Source of the DNA: Narcine bancroftii
Lineage: Eukaryota
Length of the DNA: 64,000 nucleotides
Direction: 5' to 3'
NCBI RefSeq assembly: GCF_036971445.1
Contig: NC_091478.1
Span: forward strand, 79,608,001-79,672,000
Made by a program: the position numbers and the translations under genes. Below, in pieces: positions 37,739 through 50,759 of this stretch. The notes under the pieces are model-generated. The model made no database searches. It was not told where the DNA came from and saw nothing but the letters and a program-made list of their open reading frames with translations. Numbering within the stretch: position 1 is the stretch's first letter; each line of letters starts with the position of its first letter.

Positions 37739-38496
37739 CTAATTAGTGAGTCTTAACCTTATCTTAAAGGAGCAAAAGTAATGTCACTGGATCTAAATGT
37801 TCAGTGTTTGTTTGACAGAGGAAGCCAGTTTGATAATTATGTCTGTTAAAGCCTTTCTGATTAACATCAGCCCCTTCATCTGATAGACATATTGCATCAA
37901 ATCTGAACCTCTTGAAATGGGCTTGTGGTTTAATATGAGCTCCTGTTTTATTTAGAGTGAGTATCACTTTAAGGGCTAGTACAGGCTGCAACCATTCACA
38001 GCTTTGGAGAGTCTGGGTGGCATCAGCTAGTACAGGCTGTACCCAAATTCGCTACATTTTAGAGAAAAGACATTGGGTGCACAGATGATGAGAGAGTCCT
38101 GTGTGTGGAACACTGAAGAAACAGCACTCTTTGACCAGTGGTCATCTCATTGAACACGGAGCAGGAACAACTCTGTGTGCTGATGGACAATTTGGCTGAT
38201 TCTCCCTGTCTGGAGAATTATTGAACCCCAACATGACCAAAGGACAAGTCACTTTTATTGACCTGTACCCGGGGTTTGGAAACATCGTGGAAGTCATGCG
38301 TTTCATTTCCCCTACTCAAGGAAAAGGGGAGTTTTGACAAATGTTTGTTTGAAAGGGTATTTCTCTGGAAGAAACTCGACAAGGATTTGTGAGTTTTTGG
38401 CAGTCCAGTCACTCAGTCCCTCCCACCTCCTTCATGATTCCTTCTGTGCATCAGTTTAAAAGTCTGCGTTTGTGAAACTAAACTTTGGAATTACTT

Positions 38497-38633
38497 NNNN
38501 NNNNNNNNNNNNNNNNNNNNNNNNNNNNNNNNNNNNNNNNNNNNNNNNNNNNNNNNNNNNNNNNNNNNNNNNNNNNNNNNNNNNNNNNNNNNNNNNNNNN
38601 NNNNNNNNNNNNNNNNNNNNNNNNNNNNNNNNN
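38497..38633. other. Assembly gap (N run)
   Basis: Run of n. Confidence 1.
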
Positions 38634-39555
38634 GTTTGATTTGACTGAAGTGTTATATATTAGTAGTTATTAATAAATATAGTGTTTCAAAAGAAAAACA
38701 ATTACACTGCCTTGGTGAATTTCCATTGCTGCTGGTCTGCGAAGCAACAGGCGTGATTTCTTTTATCTCTGAGTGATGAAGGGTACGGTCATCTGCATAA
38801 TTCAGCTGAGGCACAGCTGTTGGTGGCTTTGCTGCTGAAGGCTGCAATTTGGAGCAAAAGTCTATGAAGGCCTGTCAGCATGACAGTGAACATTTAAATT
38901 TTCTAGCTGAGTAAACCAGAAGATGATCCTAATGGAGATATGGCTGGCATACATGGCAATGATGCTAGTTACCTTAATGAGGAATGTAATTTTCAAATCT
39001 TATATATCAAGCACACATCGATTAGAAAATCTCACAAGGGAATCAGTGTTAATTTGGTATTTATTCAGCTCTCTCTATTTATACACTTTTCAGATATAAA
39101 TAGGCTTTGTATATCTTCTGTACATAAGAGATTGAGAAAAGTACAGGGGTATGTTCATTAAATAAGAAAGTGTGTTTAATTTTTACAAACACATAAATTG
39201 ACATTTAATTTACGATTCAATTTAAACACAAAATGAAAGTTGATGATACTTAAGATAACTAATGTGACTTGCCAATCTTGAAGAAAAAGGTACGTGTGCA
39301 GGTTTGCAACCGTACAATGATATTTCAGAGGTGCCTCACAGCAGGTGTCATCACTGGTAATAACAATGTTGTGTGAACAGCTTTTTCTCAACGATGTAAA
39401 ACATGACTTGATTTAAAGTCCACTGATATCTCTTGAAGGTTTTCTTTGCAAAGACAGACACAAAATTTTTTTTAACTTCTTTGCCATTTTATCATTCTCC
39501 TGCCAGGAAGGGAAAATGTTACTTTACTCAAATCTTTTCCTTAAATGTTAAAATT

Positions 39556-39785
39556 TTAAAATTTAGACATTCTGCACACCAACAGGCCATTTTGGCCCAC
39601 GAGCTCTTGCCATCCAATTGACCTACAAACTATGTATGTTTCAAAAGGGTGGGAGGAAACCGGAGACCCTAGGGAAAACCCACGCAGACCTTGGGGAGAA
39701 TGTGCAAACTCCCTAGAGACAGCGCGGGATTCGAACACTGGTCCCAATCGTTGGCACTGTAACAGCATTGCACGAACCACCCTTC
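39556..39785 (-). mobile_element. V-SINE (HE1-like)
   Basis: B-box GTTCGAATCCC on -, V-domain and CR1-like tail. Confidence 0.75.
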
Positions 39786-40946
39786 TTAACATACATCTGG
39801 CATCTCTCACAATCTCTTTACGTTTCTTGTTTGCTGGCTTTGTCTTCCACTTTCCTTTTCCTTAGATATGGATAGTCTGGATTTTTCCCTTCATATTTTT
39901 GACGTGCCCAAGTTTTCTTCAGGTTTCCATGAACCCAAATATAACTTCTTGTGACTACAAGTTATTTAAGAGCTAATCTATTTCAGAGCTCCAATGGATA
40001 TGAATCAGCAATTGTGCTTGTGTAGGTCCATGTATGTCCAAAGTATTCCATTTACTACATAATATTGGACAATTTTCCATTCAAAATTTCATGCACGCAG
40101 TGAAATTTAATCTAATTGCTGACATTTGCCTTATTATTCATAACTTGAATTGAGTTCTTTCTGCATTTCTCAACAATCAGGAGAAGCAAGAGAAACAATA
40201 CATCTACTCATTACTGTTTTTATATCAAGCTCACAACAGGGAAACTCAAATGTATTGAGAGAGGAAAAGGGGCAGCTTCTGCAGTCTGTTATATTTGAAA
40301 TTGGCTTTGCTGATCTTTACAAGGTTAACCTTCCTCTATTAGTATTCATGTGCTTTAATGCAATAAAATTATTTGGCATCTGTGCCAACGAGGAATTAGA
40401 TTTTCCAGAGTTTATGTAAGTGCTCCTTCTAACCGTGTGTGCATTCAGCTACATTGGGAATATACCATCACTCTCTGAACAGGCTTGGATTTCTTTGAAT
40501 GAAGGTGGTTCAGAAAGTAAGTGTTTCTAAGGACCTACGGTCAAGGAAAGAAAAGTATTTTGACAAATAGTGGAATTGAACAATTATTTTCTTGGTGCAG
40601 AAGAACACAAACAATAAATGTATGTTAGCACAAGACTGCATCTTTGAAGGCATGGAATTAACATCTGTTGTTTGCCTGCATCGGGTTGATTAAGCACAAT
40701 TAATCTTGTCATCAATACATGTTGAAAAGGTGACATAGAAACTACATTAATGACACCCTGGTATAGACTCCTGCCAGGTAAATAAAAGTGGCTTTCTTTT
40801 TATTTAATATTTTATTTTTGATTTAAAGCCACAATAAATTAATTAATTTTACAAATATATAATTCAAATCCCAATGCATGTGGTATAAAAAAGAGAAAAA
40901 GAAAAATGAGATAGAAATATAGATTAACCCAGACCCCCCCATATCC

Positions 40947-41143
40947 NNNNNNNNNNNNNNNNNNNNNNNNNNNNNNNNNNNNNNNNNNNNNNNNNNNNNN
41001 NNNNNNNNNNNNNNNNNNNNNNNNNNNNNNNNNNNNNNNNNNNNNNNNNNNNNNNNNNNNNNNNNNNNNNNNNNNNNNNNNNNNNNNNNNNNNNNNNNNN
41101 NNNNNNNNNNNNNNNNNNNNNNNNNNNNNNNNNNNNNNNNNNN
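40947..41143. other. Assembly gap (N run)
   Basis: Run of n. Confidence 1.
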
Positions 41144-41444
41144 ATTTCTATGCTATACTTGTGGTTGTCTTCATTCCATAGCCATCAAATATCAGTCTTG
41201 GGACCATAGGGGTCATGACATTTGATGTAGGATGAATATACATAACTTTCGGGGCTGAGTGCTGGACGATACTACAAATTTCTGAAAGTCAGCTAATTCC
41301 TCCATTACACACAATGGTGTTGGAGATGTCAATGTGTTTGTGGGGGAGGTTCAACTGCTTTGCTCAATCATCAAACTTTTATCATCATTACCAGTATTTT
41401 TAAAGCTTGCTGCCTTTTTTTTTCCTGGATTCTAATTCCTAGAT

Positions 41445-42155
41445 CATAGAAAATAGAATAGTACAGCACAGGAACAGGTCATTCAGCTCAAATCTGCTCC
41501 AAGCATGATGCTAAATTTTACTAAATCCCTTCCTCCTGCACATGAAGTACATCCCTCCATTCCTAGAACCCCCTAAGTCCTACTGTCATAGGTGCTTCCA
41601 TCTCTGCCCCTGGCAGCTTCTTCCAGGCACCTACCATTCTCTGGGTAAAAAAATGTGCCCTTCACATCTCTTTCAAACCTTCCCCTCTCACATTAAAAAA
41701 GTACATCACCTAATGAAAGACATAGATAGGGCATCAGAGTGAAAATGTCAAGTACTGAAGAGAGGAGGTATAAGGAAATTTGAGAAGTGGAAGGTGCCTG
41801 GAACCCTTTCACACCAAGTGGTAAAAATAGATTGCAATATTTAGAAGTATTTAGACACGCACATGAACAGATAGGAAATAGAAGGGTACAGATCATGTGC
41901 AGGCAGATGGGATTAGATCAGCACTACAAATTGTGCAGACATATTAGGGCCAAAGGGCCTACCTGTGCAGTACTAAATTATAAATTAAATTTTAAAATTT
42001 TAGACATACAGCACGGTATCAGGCCCTTTTGGCCCACGAGCCTGTGCCAAAAGAGAAAAAAACAGTACGATTTGAAGGGTGAGAGAAACTGGAGCCCCTG
42101 TGGAAAACACACTGATACGGGGAGAATGTTTGAACTCCTTACAAACTTTGCAGGA
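41445..42155. mobile_element. Cluster of CR1 3' fragments (- then +) and a partial V-SINE (-)
   Basis: CR1-type ends (TAGAATAGTACAGCACAGGAACAGG; GAAGGTGCCTGGAAC...GGGCCAAAGGGCCT) and a SINE tail at 41995-42155. Confidence 0.6.
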
Positions 42156-42610
42156 TAAGTCTTATTAAACAGGAAAGAATTTCTAGTGAAATACACAAAA
42201 ATGCTTGTCTGGGTGATCATGTGATCATAGAACTTGAGGGCAGCGGGGATTGTGAATGGAAGCTGTGCGAGACGCTCTCTGAGAACTCCCTTTGAAGAGA
42301 AGAGAAGAACGTTTGTGCATTGCACCATGTTAAGACTTTCCCTTTTGATTGAATTCAAGATCATGAATCCTGCTTGACTTGTGGTTGGCTTCCAAGCGCT
42401 TCGGATACACAATGGAAAGAAGGAAATGACTGTGGAGTCAGTGTCAAATGTTAAGAGATGAGGTCCAGGATTAAATTTTGGAAGTGAAATGAACTCATAC
42501 ACATGGTAAATGAATGAATCTTCAAGAGAAATATGGCAGCAATGCTGCAAAGGCATTGCTCAATTCAACCACCTCCATGCCTCACCTTCCAACAAGCCCT
42601 ATCAGGCTTA

Positions 42611-42963
42611 AGCCGCTTTCAGGTGGCCAGAATATCCCCAATGTAAAGCCACCTAAAATGCCCGAATGCGGCTGTTGGGAGGCCACCTGAAAGCGGAGAA
42701 CCCTGACTGAAGGAGTACTTAACCAACCCTCCTCGGGTAGATGTATCCTCCACTTCCGAGCGCTCCCCCTAGGCACCTGAAAGCGAGTGGGACTATGGCC
42801 ACAGTTGACAGGAGCCGACGTTTGCTCCACGGCGCCTATCCCCACTGCGGACTTTCAGGTGCCAGAACAGCGCCTTCAGAGCTGCCACTTGAATGTTGCT
42901 TTGCCCACACCTGCAGCTGGCTCCGGAGCTGCATTCTCCCAGCTATTCCACCTGAAAGTGGCT
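42611..42963. mobile_element. PIF/Harbinger-type MITE
   Basis: TIRs AGCCGCTTTCAGGTGG / CCACCTGAAAGTGGCT (15/16 match), TTA TSD at 42608-42610 and 42964-42966, internal copies of the CACCTGAAAG word. Confidence 0.8.
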
Positions 42964-43680
42964 TTAGACTCATATGTCTTAGCATGCACACATTGTTGGC
43001 TATTTATTTATACAAACGTATCAACAAACACTTTCATGACACTCACTAACACCCACTCATCCAGGAGATGTGAGACAGCACCAAGATTCAAGATTCCTTT
43101 CTTATCATGTTCTAAAACAAGTTTAATATTAAACAAAATTGGCTTTAGTCTTGCATGAGGCAAACAGATTTGCCATCAGCAGCAATTGCCAGACACCTAT
43201 TAGAGTCAGAGAATGAGAAGCAAAAGTGAGGCCCCCCCAGAGCCATTGAGTGTCCATGGATTTGCCTCCAGTGCTCACGCAGCCTGCACAACCAGACTTC
43301 AGTCCAAACCATCGGCAACCCCGAGCTCCAAATCCAAACCTCCAACATGATCAGGAAGGCTTTAGCATCCTCGACTCTCTCGGTTCCATCCTGATTCTGA
43401 TACCTGGTACCCCTTCAGCCAGTCTTGAGCCAGTCTCCAGTGGTCCTCAGCCTGGTATGAGTCGTTTTGACTGCAGTCTCCAGCAGCCTGTAGCCTCCGT
43501 GGGTTCCTCGCCTTGAGTCTCCAACTGCTCACCACTTGTGTGTTCTTCAGCTGCAAACGGGCCTACAGCTGAAGAATACACTTAGACCTTACGTTTAGTT
43601 GGAAGGGATTTGTGTGGTTGTGTTACCTTATTCTCCAAGAGGAGACTTAAATGATTAGAGTTCCTGAAGGCAAAAAAGTT

Positions 43681-44505
43681 TAAAGTTCAAAGTTCAAATT
43701 TATTGTCAGAATACATACACATCATATGCAACCCTGAGATTCTTTATTTCCTGTCAACTGTACTCAAGATAAAAGAGAGAAATGTAAACAAAGAAAGAAA
43801 TGTAAACAAAGAAAGAAATGTAAACAAATTGACTGTGCAATATGGAAAAAATACTCTGTAATAAATAATGTGCAAAGTAAAAGTTTTGAAATGAGTCTCT
43901 GATTGCATTTGTTTTGCAGGTGGCTGATGGTGCAGGGGTAATAATTGTTTCTGAACATGGTGGTTCAAGTCCTATGGCATCTATACCTCTTTCTGATGGC
44001 AGCAGCAAGAACAGAGAATGCCCTGGGTGGTGTGGATCCTTGATGATTTATGCTGCCCTCCAACGGCAGTGTTCCACGGAGGTTTTCTCACTGGCGGGGA
44101 GAGTCTTAACTGTGAAGTACTGCGCTGTGACTACTACTTTTGCAGGGCTTTCTTCTCAGAAGTATTAGTGCCTCTATCACAGGCCGTGATGCAGATAGTC
44201 ATCTCACTCTCCACAACACATCTGCAGAAGTTTCTCAATGTTTCCAACATCGTACCAAACCTATGTAAATTCCTAAGAAAGTAAAGGAGCTGATGTGCTT
44301 TCTTTATTGTGACATTGGTATGTTGGGTCCACGAAAGATCCTACAAGATGTTGACTCCGAGTAATTTAAATTTGCTCACTCTCTCCCCAATGATCAATTG
44401 ATTGTACATCTCTGGTTTCCCTTCTTGAAGTCAACAATCAATTCCTTGGTCTTGGAAACATTGAGTGAGAGGCTATTACTAATGCACCATTGAGCCAAGT
44501 TTTCA
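43681..44505 (-). mobile_element. Rex1/Babar- or L2-like LINE 3' fragment
   Basis: (AAGTTC)n tail with TTTATT, an 18-bp triplication at ~43778-43828, and a decayed RT end on -. Confidence 0.6.
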
Positions 44506-45046
44506 AAAGCTAATACCCAAAGAGGGAATCCAAAAACTTAGATCATCCCTCCACCCGTGAAGCAGTAGAAGGCCTTACGTTGAAAGCCAGCAGACATTTG
44601 GAACGCCATTGCAGCTGAGCTGACTCAGTAACACATTTTACAGCAAGTATTTCATTAGTAGCATTTCTTTGAATTATTGCATGAGCATGTTTGCTTCCTT
44701 GTGGAAGATCTTCTTTTCTATGGATGACTCCATTCTTATGTTGCTGCAGATCCAAATGTTGTATACTAAGTTGCATTAGGGCCATAGGCCCATCTTTCTT
44801 CTCGTGCTTCTGCACTAATTGCAGGGATTTGCTTGATGCAATGTATCAGTAAGCACTATCCATGGTGCAAGGTCCTGATCTTGTTTGGTGATTAATTTTA
44901 CACTCCAATTCATACCTGCAGAACGAGTGCTTCATCTTTGGATTTTTGGGTCACAGTGCCTTCTGGAACAGATTTATTGTTCAACATTACAATGGCATGT
45001 GATTTTTCATTAACTAGGAGGCTGAATTTCAAAAAAACTATTTATA

Positions 45047-45550
45047 ATCAGAATCAGAATTTATTGCTGTGAATATGTCATGAAATATGTTCATTTTTAG
45101 CAGTATCACAGGGCAATCATTTATATAAACGTTACAAAGTAAATAAAAATAGTTCCCACGGTTTATTGTTCATTCAGAAATTTGATGGCAGCAGGGAAGA
45201 AGCTGTCCTTGCGCCGTTGGATGTTCATCTTCAGGCTCCTGTACTTATTTCCTGATGGTTGCAGAGTGAAGAGGGCATGACCTAGGAAGTGGGGATTCTT
45301 GAGGATAAAGGCTTCTTTCTTAAGACAATGCCTTTTATACATGTCCTCAAAGGAGTGAAGACTGTTGCCCATGATTTCACAGGCCAAGTTAACAACTTTC
45401 TGGAATTTGTTCTTTTCTTGAGTGTTGCAACCAGTCAGGTTGCTCTCCACGCTACACCTGTAGTTTCTGAGAGTGTTCGGTGACATACCGAATCTCCAAA
45501 CTTCTCACAAAGTCTAGCCGCTGGTGAGCCTTCTTCGTGAATGCATCAAT
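45047..45550 (-). mobile_element. Rex1/Babar-like LINE 3' fragment (DUF1891-like region)
   Basis: ORF 45163..45486: YRCSVESNLTGC...HALFTLQPSGNKYRSL...DSFFPAAIKFLN; (ATCAGA)n tail. Confidence 0.75.
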
Positions 45551-47654
45551 ATGCCTGAAAATCCCTTATCTTTTTAACATTGAGAGCTCCTTGGCAAAGT
45601 CTAGTAAATCTGTAAATCTTCCAATCAAGGTACTTTCCTGGAATGAAAATAGTGACGTGCGCTAATTGATGCAGTGGACCCTGACTGACACCTCAACACT
45701 GCCTGACACCCTCGGTCATTATTTCATTTACCTTAGCAATATTTGACATCAACCCCTCTATAGAGCCAACCCAATGACAAAGGATAACCCAATAAAAACC
45801 AAGTGGATGAACAAATGGAATTGTCCAGGTTACTCAGCAGTTTGAGGTTTTTAACCAGGATTCATTGTGAGGCGCAAATATGGAGTATATTAAGTGACTA
45901 GGTACTTAAAGTGAGCCATTTAACTAAAGATCACATTTGTCTGATTGTTTATCCAGCCAAAGCCTAACTAAACTACGTAAATCAAGCGGGCAGGTTTCTT
46001 TTGTGACAAATTATAATGATGTTCCTGCATCTTCTACACGTCTGGAACATTGCTGAACATTGCCAATTATATGTATTTTATTGTATACTCATAGCCCCAT
46101 ATGAAGATTGTAAAAAGTATGTTAATGCTTGATGAGATTGGTGGTTTGATATACCAACTTAGTTTAGTTTATTGTCACGTACACTGAGATATATTTCAAA
46201 TTTCTAGCATTGCAAAAGGTCACCACCCTTTGGTGCAAAAATTTCACAGAAAACATGATAAGAGCAAAGTAACAAGATTAATGCAGACAAATGTCAAGTA
46301 ATTTACTGTATCTGGCAAATCAGATTAATTCATATCAGCTTCCTGCCTTTCCAGAGGCTGCTCGGTCTTCAGTGGATGGATGGGAATCTGTTACAGTCAC
46401 TCTATGCCCTCAGACATCGTATCTCTGTAGTTGAAGGTAAGGGCATCGGAATCAGAGAGCTTAAATTTGGGGATCACCAAAGGAGAACAGAAATCTCGGA
46501 CAATTGTAGAATTAGAGGTGATAAGAAAAGATAAGGAGAATTTACTCAATATGCCTGAAACAAAATGCTAATATTTTAAAAAGGGGTTAACTCAAAAAAG
46601 ATTTTAATTGGCGGCCTTGAGATATACTGAGGTCATTGGAAGGATTTCCATTATTACATATTTTTTCACTTTCTCTCAGCTACCTTTGTCTATGTGTTTC
46701 AGAACTTGATTTAGTTCAGAGCAGCATGGTCATGGTCCTATTTCACCTATCCCGTACCACAATTCAATCCTTTATTGCTCAAATACTGCTATATATTTCT
46801 AGATTATGGGAAGAAAGATTGCAATTTTAAACTCCAATAATAGTTCTGTTTTACGTGTCAAGAATTGTTTAGCAGGGGATTCAGCACATGACCTTCTGAA
46901 GGTTGGTTGGTTCTTAAATAACAATAGGTTTTAATAAATGGACATGATCAAATAGTTTCTATTTAACATTTCAAAACAGAAGTGACAGTTGAATTCCTCA
47001 GGCAAATGTGTAGATGCCACTGACCATTCCCACAAGATGAATTACTCATTACCATCTGTTTATCTGCTTATAAAAGGTCCCTGCTCCAAGCAATAGAAAC
47101 CTCTAATTTACAAAGATTGATCATTTTGCTTGCAGGCTGTTATTTACCAAGTTTCTTGGCTCATCATTTCCTTTTGTAATTTCATCTTCAGCTAATTTGG
47201 GGCATTTCTGCAATTAGACATCCATGTGATCCTCAGCCTGCCATTTTCCTTTTTGGTCAGATTATGCCATTAAGTGTTTTGTGTCAAATGTTGATTGAAA
47301 TGTGGCTCGTTTCTAAGAAAAGCAGACTGCACTGATAAGCAAATGACAAAAGAAATCACCTGCTGGACTGTGACAGATGAGAGAAAAGCCTCACTAACAA
47401 GATGACCCGAGACAGCACGTCAGGGACACAGCTGCATCTTCAGGACTCAAGCATGCATCCTTCAAGCTTTTACTTTGAAACTCTGCAACAAAGTCTGCCA
47501 GTGAATAAAACGCAGGAAACTTTGCAATCTTAGAAAACCAAAATATGTTTCAATCTGAAGACATCGTCACAAGTTGTTCTTTTAAACATTTAAACAGGAT
47601 CACAGGTCAAAATATTAATCTTGCCTTTTTTTTGTGTTGACACTTCTGTTTCCC

Positions 47655-50030
47655 ATTTCTCACTGATTGGAGTTGTGTGTTCCTCATTGATTAAAAATAT
47701 CCTAGGTTCGTGTTGACTAAGGATTCACAGTTCTCAATAAACTAGAGGTTCCCATTTCTCACTGATAGTAGGGGCCAGGTTCTTTCTAATTGTGGGTACC
47801 AGGCTGTTACTAACTGAACATTTCCATTTTTTTTCCTCCACAGAACTGATCAAACCTAGGATTCCAAAGGATTGGTAGTTTCCTTCTTTGAGTTATCTGT
47901 TTCTCACTGATTGAAACACTAAAATGGACGTACAGGGATTTCATCAATTGTTGGTACCTATTTCCCACAGACTTAAGGCATTGAATTCTCATTGAAAGAA
48001 ATACAGGTCTCATTGTCTTGAAGTATCATCTCCTTATTAATTGTAGTCACCCAGCTTTGCTAACTGAATATCTCCATTATTCATCGATGTGGATTTACCA
48101 GGGGTTCTCACAAAATTATGCTCCTGTTATCCATTGAGTGTAATCATCTGCTTCTCATGAATTGGTTATTTTGTCAGTGATTTGACATACTATTTTCACT
48201 GACTGATTATCCCCTCACAGGCAGATTATCATTTCACACTGAATAGAAATATAGTACTTTGTTTGAACTGATTGGAAGATTCCACTTCTCACTGATCTGT
48301 ATGTTCCTGTTTTGTTTTTCACTGACAAGAAATAATAGGTTCACATTGACTGCAGGTTTTAAGTTCATTTTGTGATGGTGCCTACTTCTGACTGACTTGG
48401 CTGCTTCTCTTTACTGAGCTAAAAGCAACTGCCTCCTGTTGGACTTTCTTAATGAACTGGAAAGACCAACTTCTCTCTGTCAATACCCTCAAATGAGTGG
48501 AGATTATTGCTTCTCACTAACTATCTGTGTCCACTTTTCATTGACCATGGATACCAGCTTCTCACTGTTTGGAAGGATATATTTTGTACTGACTTGAGGC
48601 AGCTGTCTTCTCATTGAACTGGAGTTAGTGGCTTCCCAAAGAAATGGAGTTTCTTTTTCTCACTGATTTGAGGTATCTTTATCAATGACTGCTTCATCTC
48701 GAACTGGAGCCTTTTATTTCCCACTGATTGCAGGTAAACATCCCTCTGTCGCAGCACACAAGAGGTTTAATTGAACCAGCTCAGGAGGTTCCAAGTGACA
48801 TCATGACCTACAATGTGATGACATTATTTGGAACATGCGGAGTTTAAATAAAGCTACAGGTGACTGTTTGAGTAAACAACTTTTACTGAACTTTGACTTG
48901 ACTACGTCTGATCATTTTCTCGTTCTTCATTTTGCACTGTGATACAGTTGCTACATTGGTGACCCCGATGGGCCCAAACAGATTTTGCACCCAACATGGA
49001 GAACGCAGTGGTTTTGCTCAAACTGCCTGTCTTTTGGACCACTCTACCTGAAATGTGGTGCGGGCAGTCTGAGGCGCAGTTCCACATTCACAAGATAGAA
49101 GTGGATCATGTGGTAAGTGCCCTTGACCAGTACATGGCGAGTTGAGTGGTGGATTTTCTTCAGGAGCCACCAGGTCTCGTCAAGTATGAAGCCCTAAAAG
49201 CCCTCCTTCTCTGGATTTACGGTCTCTCACAATGCAAGTGAGCTGCACAGCTCCTCCACATTGATGGCCTAGGGGACTGCGCCCCTTCAGTTAATGAATG
49301 ACATGTTGGCACTGGCAGATGGCCATAGGCCTTGCTTGCTCTTCGAGCAATTGTTTTTAGAGCATATGCCAGAAGACATCTGCCTCATGTTGGCTGACAA
49401 GAAAACTTTGATAACCCTTAAACAGTGGCCACCCATGCACACATTCTGTGACACGCAAAACAGCAAGGTGCAAGGCCCACAGAAATTAGTGCTACATCAC
49501 ATCCAAAAGCCCAGGCTCCACAAGTACTGGTGACAAGGGCACACTTTCCCCTGGAAATGCATGACTCCGTGACAATGGGTACAGCGGCTGGCCACCGTAA
49601 CAGCCTAGTCTACATCTAGGATGACCTCTCCCAGCACAAATTTCTTGTCGACTTGGGCGCGGAGGTTAGTGTCCTTCCTCCTTCGGGCTTTGACACCTGC
49701 ATGGGTCCAGTGCTCACTGTGTGAAACAGCAAAGTGCAAGGCCCACAGAAATTAGTGCTGCATCTCACCAAAGACCAATGAAGAGGCCTTCACATTTCTA
49801 GTTGATTTAGTCCCCCTGTTCTTCTTGAACTGGAGATGATGCCTCTCACTGAATTGGAGATTACCATAATCATACTGACTGGAAGGATTGGATTCTCACT
49901 GAACTTGAGATACTAGATTCATGTTAAATGGAGAGACCAGTTTCTGACCAAGCAGGAGTCTCCTGTTTTTCACTAAATGAAGGTTTTTCTTTCTGTCTGA
50001 CTGAATGTTTGTGTTTCTCTCAAAATTGAA
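47655..50030 (+). repeat. Highly degenerate ~24-bp tandem array (consensus ~TTCTCACTGATTGGAGATACCAGC), interrupted by a Gypsy fragment
   Basis: The CACTGA-like core recurs at 47661, 47685, 47711, 47735, 47760, 47784 and 47808, continues to ~48745 and resumes at ~49760-50030. Confidence 0.7.
48747..49722 (+). mobile_element. Ty3/Gypsy 5' fragment: LTR, tRNA-Trp PBS, gag and protease
   Basis: LTR TGT...ACA 48747-48955; PBS TGGTGACCCCGA 48957-48968; gag MENAVVLLKLPVFWTTLPEMWCGQSEAQFHI; protease FLVDLGAEVSVLP at ~49641. Confidence 0.88.
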
Positions 50031-50759
50031 CCCGTGATGATTTTGGCTCATCGATCCATTTTAGCTCATAAGACCTCAGTGATCTCTCCATTTTCTGCCT
50101 GGGGCAACAGCAAGCTTCACACATGCTGACTACCTTCTTCCTCTTGTCCCTGTGGTCCTTGCCAGGCTGACCACTGTCTTTTCTGCAGGAAGAAGATTGC
50201 TGACAATATCTCCCATTGCTCTCACAAATAAACAGATACAAATTTGGCCCATCCATACTAATCCTATTTGCCTGCAGTCAGACTATCTTTCTGTGCCTTC
50301 CCTATTTAAATACCTGTCTAATACCTCATAGGTATAATAATTGTGTCTGATATTACACTCTGTATAAAAAAAACTTACTTTGAATCTCACACCTCTTACC
50401 TTAGAACTAAACCACCTTGTTTTTGATATCCTTACCAAAGGAAAAAAAAGATTTTAACTCTCTTCTCATAACCTTAATATACTTCCATCAGGTCACCTCA
50501 ACCTCCATGGCTCCAGTGAAAAAAAGCCTAGCCTATCCAATCTCTTCCTATAATTAAAATGTTCTATTCCTATAAAATCCTTTGAAAGGCTCTGCTTGCC
50601 ACCACTGATTCTAAACAGGGTCTAGATTCAATGGGTGAATCTCGCAGCCAGGCCATCTACAATTACATCAACATCTTCTTACTATCATGTCTTCATTTGG
50701 CTCTCAGGATTTTGAGAGGGTACCTGAGGCAGATGTGAATAATGTTGGCTCCTTTCTAG

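Noticed and set aside
5100-49722. Gypsy 3' half (5100-7865) and 5' half (48747-49722) as one split element
   Set aside because: The domains are complementary, but the LTR sequences differ and the order along the strand is reversed.
47655-50030. CRISPR-like repeat-spacer array
   Set aside because: The core is only ~10 bp and degenerate, and the intervening parts are related to each other; this is a decayed tandem repeat.
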